Source: Vulcanimicrobiales bacterium
Lineage (GTDB): Bacteria > Vulcanimicrobiota > Vulcanimicrobiia > Vulcanimicrobiales > Vulcanimicrobiaceae
DNA: 64,000 bases
NCBI GenBank assembly: GCA_038215615.1
Contig: JBBQQR010000007.1
Coordinates: forward strand, 1 to 64,000
Direction of reading: 5' to 3'
Positions 26,744 through 36,329 of the stretch are shown here, in pieces. Made by a program: the position numbers and the translations under genes. Position 1 is the stretch's first letter; each line of letters starts with the position of its first letter. Below the pieces are notes generated by a model. It worked only from the letters and a program-made list of their open reading frames with translations, was not told the origin of the DNA and did not search any database.

Positions 26744-27181
26744 TCAATCGATTTCTTCCAGACAAGCCATCAACGCGTCCCGAATCTCTTGCGGAATCGG
26801 CCGGCTCTTGTGCGAAGTGCGGTCGATGCAAACGACCGTCAGATCCATTTGCGCGCCGGCTTCCCCTGTGCGCTCGTTGTGCATCACGGTTTTCCATTTT
26901 ACCGATGACGTGCCGACATGATAGATGCTCGTCTTGAGCGTCAGCCAGTCTTCCATCGCGGCGGGTTTAAAATAATCCGCCACCACGTGCACGCGCGGAA
27001 ACCAGATATCGTATTTTTCGAAGACTTCGCTGTACGGAAAACCGAGTTCCCGGAAAAGATCCATCTCGGCACGCTCGACGGCCCGCTGATACGCGGCAAA
27101 ATACATGATGCCCGCGATGTCGACGTCGGCCCATTGCACCAGGACGCGGCTTTCGAACGTGCGCCCTCCGATTTTACTCAT
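26744..27181 (-). CDS. Acyl-CoA thioesterase (4HBT/YbgC hotdog family)
   Basis: VQWADVDIAGIMYFAAY, YFKPA, SRPIP. Confidence 0.9.
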   Translation of the reverse strand: MSKIGGRTFESRVLVQWADVDIAGIMYFAAYQRAVERAEMDLFRELGFPYSEVFEKYDIWFPRVHVVADYFKPAAMEDWLTLKTSIYHVGTSSVKWKTVMHNERTGEAGAQMDLTVVCIDRTSHKSRPIPQEIRDALMACLEEID

Positions 27182-27762
27182 CCTCGGACCGCGTATCGAG
27201 CTATCGGATCCGCTTCGAGATTCACCAAGTCTCCGGCGGCACGCCGGCCGAGCGTCGTGCGCTCCATCGTTTCAGGAATGAGCGCGATCTCAAACCAGCC
27301 GTCGCCAACAGACGCTACCGTCACGCTCACGCCGTCCGCGCTGACGAAGCCTTTCTCGTGCACGAACGGCTGGAGATTTTTCGGCAGCTCCAGGCGCAAC
27401 CGCGCGCCTTGCCCCTCGGCCGCCAGCGCCAGAACTTTCCCGGCGGCATCCACGTGCCCGTAGACGAAATGCCCGCCCATCCGGTCGCCCAAACGCAGCG
27501 CGTATTCCACGTTGACGCGGTCGCCTTTGCCCGTACCCGAAAGAGAAGAACGCGCGAGCGTTTCGGGCACCACGTCAAAATCCACAACGTTATGATCGAT
27601 GGCGGTCACCGTCAAACAGACGCCATTGATTGCGATTGAATCCTTGGGTTCGACTTCTTCGTCGTTTGCGTTTTCGCAGCGGATGCGCAAGCGCAGACCG
27701 CCTTGCGCGACCGGCCGCACGTCTTCGACCGTGCCGCTGAACGAAATGATCCCGCTAAACAT
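27178..27762 (-). CDS. ribE: Riboflavin synthase (alpha chain)
   Basis: MFSGII, SIAINGVCLTV, VNVE, GGHFVYGHVD, KGFVSADGVSVTV, VNLEAD. Confidence 0.96.
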   Translation of the reverse strand: MFSGIISFSGTVEDVRPVAQGGLRLRIRCENANDEEVEPKDSIAINGVCLTVTAIDHNVVDFDVVPETLARSSLSGTGKGDRVNVEYALRLGDRMGGHFVYGHVDAAGKVLALAAEGQGARLRLELPKNLQPFVHEKGFVSADGVSVTVASVGDGWFEIALIPETMERTTLGRRAAGDLVNLEADPIARYAVRG

Positions 27763-28849
27763 GGTGCGGAATGATGCCCGAAACGAGCGCGTCGACGCCG
27801 AGCTGCTCGACCCGGTCGATCTGCAGCCGCATGTTTGCTAGGGCGGTTGTCGTAAAGGCGGCAACGGCTGACGGTCCGCGCAAAAACCGCGGAGCAAATA
27901 TCCAGTGAAAACGATCGACGAGTCCGTCTGTAAGAAGATGGCCTGCCACAGTGGGGCCTCCTTCGCACAGGAGGCTCGTTATTCCGCGCTCGCGCAACCC
28001 ACGCAAAGCCGCCGCCAAATTGAGGCGATCGGAGCCTTCTTTGCCCGAATAGAGAACATCCGCAGTTTTTTCCAGCTGGGCGAAACGGTCGCGCGCTCCC
28101 GCCGGCGCAAGCACGATCGTCTTGGCGTAGCCTTTTTCGGATTTAAAGACGGTGCTGGCGGGATCGACCGGGGAAGATTCACAGATGACGACGCGCGCGT
28201 ATTCCCGCAAACGACCGTGCGTTGGGCGCACCGTCAGCTGCGGATTGTCGACGCGCACGGTGCCCGCCCCGACTGCCACAGCGTCGTGCGCAATACGCTG
28301 CTCCCGCACAAACTCGCGAGCTTCTTCTCCGGTCAGCCACTCCTGAACGCCGGGCTTCGACGCAATAAACCCATCGAATGAGACCGCTAGCTTCAGCGAA
28401 ACGTACGGGCGGTGCGAACGGATGGCGCGCGCAAAGGGTTCGATCAACGCACCGGCGCGCGGTTCATCACGTATGTCGACAACAATCTTTCGTTCGCGCA
28501 GAGTCGCAACGCCCGAGCCGTTCGTCTGCGGATTCGGATCGTGCGTGCCCGCCACGACGCGGGCTAAACCCGCTTTCGCAATCGCATCGGTGCATGGCGG
28601 CGTGAGTCCCGTGTGATTGCACGGTTCCAGCGATACGTAGAGCGTCGCGCCGCGCGCAGCTTCGCCGGCGCTTTTGATCGCATTGACTTCCGCGTGCGAG
28701 TCCCCGGCGCGATGGTGGTAACCCTCGCCGACAATCGCTTCCCCGCGCACGACGACCGCGCCGACCGGCGGGTTGGGCGACGTATTCCCAATGCCGCGTT
28801 CGGCGAGTTCGTATGCGCGATCCAGAAACAGCCGGTCGAGATTGTCCAC
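27755..28849 (-). CDS. ribD: Riboflavin biosynthesis deaminase/reductase
   Basis: SPNPPVGAVVV, HAEV, SLEPCNH..TPPC, DPNP, VGAGTV..DNPQLT, LLCEGG. Confidence 0.96.
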   Translation of the reverse strand: MDNLDRLFLDRAYELAERGIGNTSPNPPVGAVVVRGEAIVGEGYHHRAGDSHAEVNAIKSAGEAARGATLYVSLEPCNHTGLTPPCTDAIAKAGLARVVAGTHDPNPQTNGSGVATLRERKIVVDIRDEPRAGALIEPFARAIRSHRPYVSLKLAVSFDGFIASKPGVQEWLTGEEAREFVREQRIAHDAVAVGAGTVRVDNPQLTVRPTHGRLREYARVVICESSPVDPASTVFKSEKGYAKTIVLAPAGARDRFAQLEKTADVLYSGKEGSDRLNLAAALRGLRERGITSLLCEGGPTVAGHLLTDGLVDRFHWIFAPRFLRGPSAVAAFTTTALANMRLQIDRVEQLGVDALVSGIIPHHV

Positions 28850-28932
28850 GCCAACCCTATTCGGGAATACCCGCCGGGGTCATGGTGAAAATGGCGGGGT
28901 TGCGAAAAACACCGCACGGCGTGAATGTGCGC

Positions 28933-29514
28933 ATGACCATGCGGAGACTCTTGGACTTCGTCTTCCCGCCGCAATGTGGCGGATGCGAGCGCGTTGGATC
29001 CGGCCTTTGCGATGCGTGCCTGCCATCGGGCCCTCTGATCGCCCGCGAGATTCAGACGCTCAATGTATCCGCGCTCGGCATATATGACGGCGCGCTTCGT
29101 CGCGCGATACTCGCGCTAAAAAGCGGCCGGCGCGACGTGGCCGAAGCATTCGCGCAAAGGATGATTTCGCGCATTCCGCCGGACGCAATCGCAATACCCG
29201 TTCCGACCACCGCCGCTCGCCGCCGGCAGCGCGGTTTCGATGGGTGCGAACTGATCGCGCGCGCCGCTTTTGGATCCCGTACTAGCGTCGGTCTAGCACA
29301 AACGCGCGGCGAAACGCAGCGGGGACGCGGTCGTGAAGCGCGGCTTGCACTGCGACGGCGCTTCGTTTGGCGCGGAGCACATCTGAACGGAGGACGCGTC
29401 GTTCTGATTGATGACGTCGTAACCACTGGAGCAACGCTCGAAGAGTGCGCCCATGCTGTCCGCGGCGCCGAAGGCGTGGTTATAGGAGCGGTCGTGATTG
29501 CGACCGTGCCATAA
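28933..29514 (+). CDS. comF: ComF-family protein (zinc finger + PRTase fold)
   Basis: LDFVFPPQCGGC..LCDAC, PVPT..RQRGFD, VLIDDVVTTGATL. Confidence 0.88.
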   Translation: MTMRRLLDFVFPPQCGGCERVGSGLCDACLPSGPLIAREIQTLNVSALGIYDGALRRAILALKSGRRDVAEAFAQRMISRIPPDAIAIPVPTTAARRRQRGFDGCELIARAAFGSRTSVGLAQTRGETQRGRGREARLALRRRFVWRGAHLNGGRVVLIDDVVTTGATLEECAHAVRGAEGVVIGAVVIATVP

Positions 29515-30328
29515 ACGCCAATACCTCCGCCACAAAGTCGTCGCGCCGGGTGATACTGCTCAAGTGCCCGGCGCCGTGAAAAGTGCGCAGCAACGCTTGC
29601 GGATACGATCGCTTGAATGTAAGCCGTTCGGCGCGAGTGAAACCGGTTTCGTTATCCGATTCGATGATGAGAACCGGTCCGGCGTAGGCGCGCCCTCCAG
29701 CCGATACGATCGAGTCGGCGATGCACCTTCCCCGGTTGGCGGCGCCCCCAGCGCCGACGCGTGCGAACTCGTCGTGCGTGAAATATCCCACCCAAAACTC
29801 GCGGTCGCGATGATTTTCTAGTAACCGCCTTACTCGCGCCTTTAGAAACGACGCAATAAGGCGCTTCGGCACATATCTCGCCGCTCGCAGAGCGGCCCCT
29901 ACGAAACGGCCCCGCCGCGCAGAGTACGCCGCGGTGTTTGCCAAAATTAAGCCGCGCACGCGTTCGGGATGCGCCGCCGCAAAGGCTTGCGCGAAAACGC
30001 CGCCCAGCGAATGGCCCAGCAAGAAACATGGCGCGGCCCGGTTCTGGTCGAGAAGCCGCACGAGTCCGTCGACGACACCGCCAACGCTCGTTATCGTTGC
30101 CGGGCATCCGATCGAAAGCGTTCGGACGTTCTTCTCGAAGCGATCAATCAAATGGAATTGCGATTCCGCGCTGCCGCCGCCACCCGGCAGCAGTACCAGA
30201 GGCGGCTCGCCTTGTCCGCTGGCGATGATGTCCCACAGATGTCCACCCACTCCGTGCGTGAGGACCGCGTGCGTCGCGCGAAATTGACGCAGCAACTCGC
30301 GGGCGCTACTCGTTGGCGACGATTGCAT
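29480..30328 (-). CDS. Alpha/beta hydrolase
   Basis: LLPGG, GHSLGG, HPERVRGLIL, GAGH. Confidence 0.85.
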   Translation of the reverse strand: MQSSPTSSARELLRQFRATHAVLTHGVGGHLWDIIASGQGEPPLVLLPGGGGSAESQFHLIDRFEKNVRTLSIGCPATITSVGGVVDGLVRLLDQNRAAPCFLLGHSLGGVFAQAFAAAHPERVRGLILANTAAYSARRGRFVGAALRAARYVPKRLIASFLKARVRRLLENHRDREFWVGYFTHDEFARVGAGGAANRGRCIADSIVSAGGRAYAGPVLIIESDNETGFTRAERLTFKRSYPQALLRTFHGAGHLSSITRRDDFVAEVLAFMARSQSRPLL

Positions 30329-31277
30329 CTTCCAGGATCGAACCCGGAGCGACCTCGTAATTCATTCCGACGATCGCGTCTCGCAGTACCGCGCCTTTGC
30401 CGATTCGCGACCCCTGCCAAATGATAGAGCGCTCGATGCGCGCATCGTCTCCAATCCGCACACCATCACCGATAACGCTCGGCCCCACGATGCGGGCGGT
30501 CTTCGCGACCTCCGTGTCGCGGCCGACCCAAACGGCGTTCTGGACCGAAATGCCTGGCACGCGCAATCTTCCCGTCAGCACGTCGGCAGTCGCCGCGCGG
30601 TATTCGGCGGGCGTGCCGATATCGTGCCACTGCGCGCCGCGCGCATCGAATCCATAAAATGCCGCACCGGCTTGTTGCAGCGACGGAAACACGTTCTTCC
30701 CGAAATCGTAAAACGCACCGGTGGGAATCTGCTCGAAAATCTCCGGCGTGAAGACGTAAATGCCGGTGTTCACCAGTTTGCTCCGCTCGGTGCCTTGGGC
30801 GGGCTTCTCTTGAAAACCGGTGATCCTGTCCGAGGCGTCCGTTACCACGACGCCATACTGATCGACTTCCTGACGCTCCACCAGGCCGATGGTGGCGAGC
30901 GCGCTCTTCTCTTTGTGGAAAGCGACGATGCGGTCGAGCCGCATATCCGTCAGGTCATCGCATCCGATGACCAGGAACGAATCGCCGCCTAGGAACTCCT
31001 GCATCTGCTTGACGGCGCCGGCGCTGCCCAGCAACTCTTTTTCGTGCAGGTATTCGATGCGCGCACCATATGCGGAACCGTCGCCGAGCGCCTCAACGAT
31101 CATATCGGCCAAATAGTGCACGTTGATCGCGATCTCGTTGAATCCGTACGACGTGAGATATTGGATCACGTGAGCCGCGTTGGGTGAACCCACGACGGGA
31201 ACCAGCGGCTTGGGAACTTGTTTGGTCAGCGGATAGAGCCGCGTACTCAGACCGCCCGCCAAAATCATCGCCCGCAC
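30306..31277 (-). CDS. NDP-sugar synthase (mannose-1-phosphate guanylyltransferase-like)
   Basis: ILAGGLSTRLYPLT..PKPLVPV, GSAGAVK, YGVV, FQEKP, WHDIGTP; C-terminal hexapeptide repeats. Confidence 0.9.
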   Translation of the reverse strand: MRAMILAGGLSTRLYPLTKQVPKPLVPVVGSPNAAHVIQYLTSYGFNEIAINVHYLADMIVEALGDGSAYGARIEYLHEKELLGSAGAVKQMQEFLGGDSFLVIGCDDLTDMRLDRIVAFHKEKSALATIGLVERQEVDQYGVVVTDASDRITGFQEKPAQGTERSKLVNTGIYVFTPEIFEQIPTGAFYDFGKNVFPSLQQAGAAFYGFDARGAQWHDIGTPAEYRAATADVLTGRLRVPGISVQNAVWVGRDTEVAKTARIVGPSVIGDGVRIGDDARIERSIIWQGSRIGKGAVLRDAIVGMNYEVAPGSILEDAIVANE

Positions 31278-32017
31278 TAGCTTCTCCCGCGCACGAGGCG
31301 GTTGCGGACGTTTTCACCCGCCACCAGCAGCACGAAATATGGAAGCGCGAGCTGACGCCGCCAGCGCTGCGGCTGCGTTACCAACCGGTAGAGCCATTCC
31401 AGGTGCGCCCGACGCCAACCATCGGGAGCGCGCCGCACGTTGCCGCTGATCACGTCGAACGAACCGCCGACGCCTATTCCAACGCCGCAGCCCGTTTGCG
31501 CCAAATGTTCGGAGAGCCAGAACTCTTGACGTGGAAAACCCATGCCCGCAAAAAGAATGCGCGCGCCGCTCGCGCGGATTGCGCCCGCGATCTCCGCCGA
31601 GGAGCCGTCGCCGAAATAGCCATCACGCGTCCCCGCCACTTGCAGCCCCGGGTGCCGCGACTGCAGAGCCTCCGCGGCGCGTTGGGCAATTCCGGGCGCC
31701 GCACCCAGCAAGTAAACCGGCAAGCCTTCCTGGGCTGCGCGCGCGCAGACATGCTCAATGAGTTCAACGCCCGCGACTCGGTCGCGCATCTTTGCTCCGC
31801 GCGAACGCGCGACGCCCAGCAATCCCACCGTATCACAAAGTGAAAGCGCGCTCTCGTTCACAATGCGGCGGTAATCCTCGTCGCGCTGCGCGTAAACGAC
31901 CATTTCCGTCCCCAGGGTAACGACTTGCGCGCCGGTTCCTTCGCGCGCATAACGCACGATCGCGTCGGTGGCTTCATCGGAATCGATTGGGTCGAGCTTA
32001 CACCCGAGAATAATCAT
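31277..32017 (-). CDS. WecB/TagA/CpsF-family glycosyltransferase
   Basis: RVAGVEL, YLLGAAPG, DGYF, GMGFPRQE, GVGGSFDV, RRAP, LEWLYRL..QPQR. Confidence 0.93.
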   Translation of the reverse strand: MIILGCKLDPIDSDEATDAIVRYAREGTGAQVVTLGTEMVVYAQRDEDYRRIVNESALSLCDTVGLLGVARSRGAKMRDRVAGVELIEHVCARAAQEGLPVYLLGAAPGIAQRAAEALQSRHPGLQVAGTRDGYFGDGSSAEIAGAIRASGARILFAGMGFPRQEFWLSEHLAQTGCGVGIGVGGSFDVISGNVRRAPDGWRRAHLEWLYRLVTQPQRWRRQLALPYFVLLVAGENVRNRLVRGRS

Positions 32018-32888
32018 ACTGCGAAAGCAGCGGCCGAAGGTTGAGAGCGAGATGCTCGGGCATCGAATCGAGCGGCAAACGGCATTCGCCCACCCTGAAA
32101 CCCAACTGCTTCATCGCCCATTTCACCGGAATAGGGCTGGTCGTCGCAAACAGCGCGTCGATCAGCGGTAAGAGCGACCCATGAATGCGGGCGGCTTCCG
32201 AAGCATCGCCGTTCCGGTATGCCTGCACCATTGCGACGTACTCGCGCGAGCACAAATGCGAAGCGACGCCCACGACGCCGTCCGCGCCCATGGCCAGGCA
32301 TGGAAGAAACAGATGGTCGTCACCGGCCCAAACCGTGAAGCCTGGCTGGCGGTCGCGCAGAATGAATCCGATTTGCCGCAGATCGCCGCTCGACTCTTTC
32401 ACGCCCACGATATTCTTGTGACTCCGGGCAAGGTCCAGAAGCGTTTCGGGGAGCATGTTGATGCCGGTGCGGCCCGGAATATTGTAGATGACGATCGGCA
32501 GCTCGGTCGCTTGCGAGATCGCACTGAAGTGCGCGACCATGCCGCTTTGCGGCGGCTTGTTATAATATGGAACGACGGCAAGAATGCCGTCCGCGCCCGC
32601 CTTTTCCGCAGCCTTTACCGATCGCACCGAATCACGCGTGTCGTTGCTGCCCGCGTTCGCGATCACGGCTGCGCGATCGCCGAGCTCTTCTTTTACTGCA
32701 GAAAACAGCGCAACGCGCTCGTCCGGCGTCATCGTTTGGCCTTCGCCCGTCGAGCCGGCAACGACCAATCCGTCGTTTCCTCGTTCGACCAGCCACGAGG
32801 CGATGCGCGCCGCTTCACGGTAGTCAACGTCGCCGCCGCCGTCGAACGGGGTGATCATCGCGGTCACGATCGTGCCCAACTTCTTCAT
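31998..32888 (-). CDS. dapA: 4-hydroxy-tetrahydrodipicolinate synthase
   Basis: TAMITPF, GSTGE, PYYNKP, YNIPGRT, GVKESSG, SPIPVK. Confidence 0.96.
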   Translation of the reverse strand: MKKLGTIVTAMITPFDGGGDVDYREAARIASWLVERGNDGLVVAGSTGEGQTMTPDERVALFSAVKEELGDRAAVIANAGSNDTRDSVRSVKAAEKAGADGILAVVPYYNKPPQSGMVAHFSAISQATELPIVIYNIPGRTGINMLPETLLDLARSHKNIVGVKESSGDLRQIGFILRDRQPGFTVWAGDDHLFLPCLAMGADGVVGVASHLCSREYVAMVQAYRNGDASEAARIHGSLLPLIDALFATTSPIPVKWAMKQLGFRVGECRLPLDSMPEHLALNLRPLLSQYDYSRV

Positions 32889-34099
32889 GTGGTCGTTACC
32901 TTTTCGTTTTCTAAATGAAACTCATCGTGCACCGCCTGCTCGGCCCGCCCGGCGTCGGCTGACGGAACCAGGATCGAGACGGTGATGTTGCTGTCGGTGC
33001 AGTGGATGATTTCGATATTTTCCGCCGAGAGCGCCGAGACGATGCGATGGATGACGCCCGGCTCGTAGCGCATGCCTTCGCCGACCACGGAGAGCTTGGA
33101 ACATGCCTCGCGGACCCGCACGGCCACATTGAGATCGCCCAGCAGCTTGCGAATATCTTCGCCGCGGTCACCTTCAACCACAAACATCACGCCCGCCTGG
33201 TTGATCGTCACCTGATCGATCGATATCTTTGCCGCGGCAAGACGTTCGAACATCTGCATCTCGACTTGCATGCGGCGCTGCCGATCTTCAATATCGCCGC
33301 GAATCGCGCGGATCCACGTCACCCGCCCCGAGGCCGTGACTCCGGTGACGGGCTTGCGCGGTTCCAGCCGCGCATCGACGATGGTGCCTTCGCCCGTGGC
33401 CAGGCTGCGGATCGCGTATGGCGTGCGCGTGCGCTGGGCGTAGTCGGCCGCTTTATCATGCATGATTTTGGCGCCGTGCTGCGCGAGTTCGTTCATTTCT
33501 TCAAGACTCGCGCGACCGATCGTGTGCGCGCCGTTCACCCGCCGCGGATCGGCGGTCATCGCGCCGGCAACGTCGGTGTACACGTCGATGCGTTCCGCAT
33601 CGAGTGCATGCCCTAACGCGATGGCCGTGAGGTCCGTACCGCCGCGCCCGAGCGTTGTGATCTCGCCGTCTTCGCTGACGCCTTGGAAGCCGGCGATAAC
33701 TGGAACCACGCCGGCGTCGATGGCGTCGCGCAGGCGTTGCGGCTCGACGCGCACGATGCTTGCATCCCCGTGGTTCCCGTTCGTTATAATGCCAGCTTGC
33801 GCGCCCGTTAGCGCGACGGATGCAATCTGCTCGCGTTCGAGTTCGTCGGCAAAAACTGCAGCAGCGATAAGTTCGCCCGTCGAGAGCAGCAGGTCGGCGT
33901 TTCGCGTGCACCGCTCGGAGCCGGCCAGAGCGAGTAACGAATCCGTTGCATACGGCTCCGGCGCGCGACCCATTGCGGAGACGACAGCCACCGGCGATTC
34001 GCCGCGCTCCAATGCTTCACGGATTCGCTCGACTGCGATCCGGCGAGTTTCGGGCGACGCAACCGACGTGCCGCCAAACTTGAACACAGCGATCTTCAC
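32885..34099 (-). CDS. Aspartate kinase (DapG/LysC-like)
   Basis: VFKFGGTSV, VVSAMG..YATDSL, AGFQG, TTLGRGGTD, YTDV..TADPR, ACT domains. Confidence 0.95.
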   Translation of the reverse strand: MKIAVFKFGGTSVASPETRRIAVERIREALERGESPVAVVSAMGRAPEPYATDSLLALAGSERCTRNADLLLSTGELIAAAVFADELEREQIASVALTGAQAGIITNGNHGDASIVRVEPQRLRDAIDAGVVPVIAGFQGVSEDGEITTLGRGGTDLTAIALGHALDAERIDVYTDVAGAMTADPRRVNGAHTIGRASLEEMNELAQHGAKIMHDKAADYAQRTRTPYAIRSLATGEGTIVDARLEPRKPVTGVTASGRVTWIRAIRGDIEDRQRRMQVEMQMFERLAAAKISIDQVTINQAGVMFVVEGDRGEDIRKLLGDLNVAVRVREACSKLSVVGEGMRYEPGVIHRIVSALSAENIEIIHCTDSNITVSILVPSADAGRAEQAVHDEFHLENEKVTTT

Positions 34100-34180
34100 T
34101 GTGTCACCCTTGCACACTGTGTGTCATCCTGAGCCTGTCGAAGGACCCTGAGCGGCGCCCAAAGGGCGCAAGCCGAAGGG
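34100..34180. repeat. REP-like composite hairpin element (second copy), supplies the asd stop codon
   Basis: Partial TGTGTCAC lead-in, then GTCATCCTGAGCCTGTCGAAGGA (34123-34145) + CCCTGAGCGGCGCCCAAAGGGCGCAAGCCGAAGGG (34146-34180). Confidence 0.8.
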
Positions 34181-35098
34181 AGCAGGTATCATTCCTCGCT
34201 CGAGCAGCAACTCCAGAATCTGCACGGCATTCGTAGCCGCGCCCTTGCGCAGTTGATCGCCCACGACCCACATTTGAAAGTGCCGCTTGTCCTCGCCGGC
34301 GGAACGCAGCCGCGCAACATGCACTTCGTCGGTCCCCTCAACGTCGCGTGGCGTGACGACGCCGGTGCGGTGAAAAATGACGCCCGGCGCGCGTTCGAGC
34401 TTGGCCGCGAGCTGCTCGACCGTCGTCTCGCGTTCGGTCTCGAAGAACACCGCCTCGGAGTGCGCCGTCCGCACCGGTACACGCACGGTCATCGCGTACA
34501 ACGGCAACGCCGGCAGATCGAGAATCTTTCGCGTCTCCTCGCGCACTTTCGTTTCTTCGCCGCTGTAGCCGTCGTCGCCGAACTGGCCGACCTGCGGCAC
34601 GACGTTTCGAACGAACGGACCCTCACCGGCATCGAATTCTTCGAGCGGCCCGCGGCCCGCACCGCTGACGGCCTGGTACGTTGCAACATTGACCGACCGC
34701 AAGCCCGCGGTATCCCGAACGGGTGCCAGCGCCAGGCATAAAATAATCGCCGTGCAGTTCCCGACTGGAAAGAGATGATGCTCCGGAAGTATCGCCGACG
34801 CGTTTATCTCAGGAACGACAAGCGGAACGCCCACGCGCATCCGGTACGTGGAGCTGTTGTCGATGACAACTCCGCCGCGTTCCAAAATGGGCGGCACAAA
34901 CTCCGAACTTGCCTCGTCCGATCCCGCAAAAAATACCGTGTCGAACGGAGTCAACGCTTCGGTCGAGGTCGCCAGCACGCCGTTGCGCGCGCGCGACGCA
35001 AACAAGCCTAAGCGCTCTACCGGAATTTTCCGCTCGGCCAGCACCTGCACGATCGTTTCACCTACCGCTCCGGTCGCCCCAACCACGGCGACGTTCAC
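34124..35098 (-). CDS. asd: Aspartate-semialdehyde dehydrogenase
   Basis: VVGATGAVG, IDNSS, VPLVVPEIN, NCT, TYQAVSGAG, EETK, VRVPV..HSE, DQLRKGAATNAVQI. Confidence 0.95.
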   Translation of the reverse strand: MNVAVVGATGAVGETIVQVLAERKIPVERLGLFASRARNGVLATSTEALTPFDTVFFAGSDEASSEFVPPILERGGVVIDNSSTYRMRVGVPLVVPEINASAILPEHHLFPVGNCTAIILCLALAPVRDTAGLRSVNVATYQAVSGAGRGPLEEFDAGEGPFVRNVVPQVGQFGDDGYSGEETKVREETRKILDLPALPLYAMTVRVPVRTAHSEAVFFETERETTVEQLAAKLERAPGVIFHRTGVVTPRDVEGTDEVHVARLRSAGEDKRHFQMWVVGDQLRKGAATNAVQILELLLERGMIPAPFGLRPLGAAQGPSTGSG

Positions 35099-35781
35099 AG
35101 CTTCAGACCCACTTCAAGTCCCTTGAGCGAACGCACGGAGCGGATCGCCGCGATAATCCCCGGCGCAAACGATTCAATCGAGAAAGAATCATGGCGGATC
35201 GTGAGCAGCTCGCCTTCATTTGAGAACAGCACTTCTTGATGCGAGAGCAGCCCTTTCATGCGGATGCTGTGAATCGGCACGCCGGCCCGTCCGCCCCCGG
35301 CGTGAATGCGATCGGCGGTAGCCGAAGCGGTCCCACTGGGCTTGTCACGCTTGTCCGCGCGGTGCATCTCGACGATTTCGATCGAGGGAAAAAACCGCGC
35401 GGCTTGTTCGGCAAAGTTCATCATGAGAATCGCGCCGATCGCAAAGTTGGGAACGATTAGCGCACCGGTTTTGTGTCGCTCGCACAGTTTTTCCAACTCC
35501 GCTCGCTCAGCCGCATTCCATTCGCTCGATCCGATGACGGGCGAAAAGCCGCGCTCGACGGCGGAGCGCGCGACCGCTTGGGTTACCGGACGCGGCGTAA
35601 AATCGACAACGACGTCGGGTTTACGCTCGTCGAGCAGTTGCTCGACGTTGTCGTAGATTCCCAGCGACGGGTCCGCCGCGCGCGCAAAACCGCCGGCGAA
35701 TTCTAAATCCGGCTCCCGTTTAATCGCCTCAACCGCAAGCCGCCCCATGCGGCCCTGGGCGCCGGCAACCGCCACTTTCAC
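35095..35781 (-). CDS. dapB: 4-hydroxy-tetrahydrodipicolinate reductase
   Basis: VAGAQGRMG, VDFT, PNFAIG, EIVEMH..K.DKPSGTA, IHSIR, HQEV, IRHDS. Confidence 0.95.
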   Translation of the reverse strand: MKVAVAGAQGRMGRLAVEAIKREPDLEFAGGFARAADPSLGIYDNVEQLLDERKPDVVVDFTPRPVTQAVARSAVERGFSPVIGSSEWNAAERAELEKLCERHKTGALIVPNFAIGAILMMNFAEQAARFFPSIEIVEMHRADKRDKPSGTASATADRIHAGGGRAGVPIHSIRMKGLLSHQEVLFSNEGELLTIRHDSFSIESFAPGIIAAIRSVRSLKGLEVGLKL

Positions 35782-36287
35782 TCGGCGTTCTTCGGTGTGT
35801 GTCGCTCCAGCCACTTCGACGCTTCCCCCGCGAGAAACTCCGCATTCTCCCACGCCAACGGGTCATGCCGCATCTCGCGAAGCGCGGAAACGGCGGGGGC
35901 CAAACGCTCCCACGCCCGCAAAATTCGCAGCGAAGCGAGATCGAAGATGGCGTCACCATTGACGAGCCTGTGCTTAATATAGGTGCCGACCAGCTCAAAA
36001 ACCATGAGCACTTTGTGCTCGGGATGAGAACCGGTTGTCCGCTGCGGCGAAAAGAACTCATCACGAAAAGGTCCGTCGTTTTTCAAACGATCCTCGAACT
36101 CGTACCGCACAAAACGAAGGCCTTCGAGAAGCTCGGCTTCCCCGAACATTTCGGCGACTGCCATCACGCCTTCGAGCTGCGTCGCCCGCCTGAGTTCTGA
36201 AAGCTGAACGAGGCCAACGCCGACAGTCGCCAAGATAACGACGCCGGTAAACAGTGTCGCGAGAGCGGTTACGGCCTCCCAGGTCAT
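35778..36287 (-). CDS. N-terminal TM-anchored hypothetical protein (DUF4760-like), paralog 1
   Basis: WEAVTALATLFTGVVILAT..VQL..LRR; FELVG.YIK; WENAEFLA; similar to 45942-46550 and 51397-51960. Confidence 0.75.
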   Translation of the reverse strand: MTWEAVTALATLFTGVVILATVGVGLVQLSELRRATQLEGVMAVAEMFGEAELLEGLRFVRYEFEDRLKNDGPFRDEFFSPQRTTGSHPEHKVLMVFELVGTYIKHRLVNGDAIFDLASLRILRAWERLAPAVSALREMRHDPLAWENAEFLAGEASKWLERHTPKNAE

Positions 36288-36296
36288 GCTTTAGCC

Positions 36297-36321
36297 ATCC
36301 TTCGGCAAGCTCAGGATGACA
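36297..36321. repeat. REP-like element (third copy, inverted orientation)
   Basis: Reverse complement TGTCATCCTGAGCTTGCCGAAGGAT. Confidence 0.8.
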
Positions 36322-36329
36322 ACTTGGAC

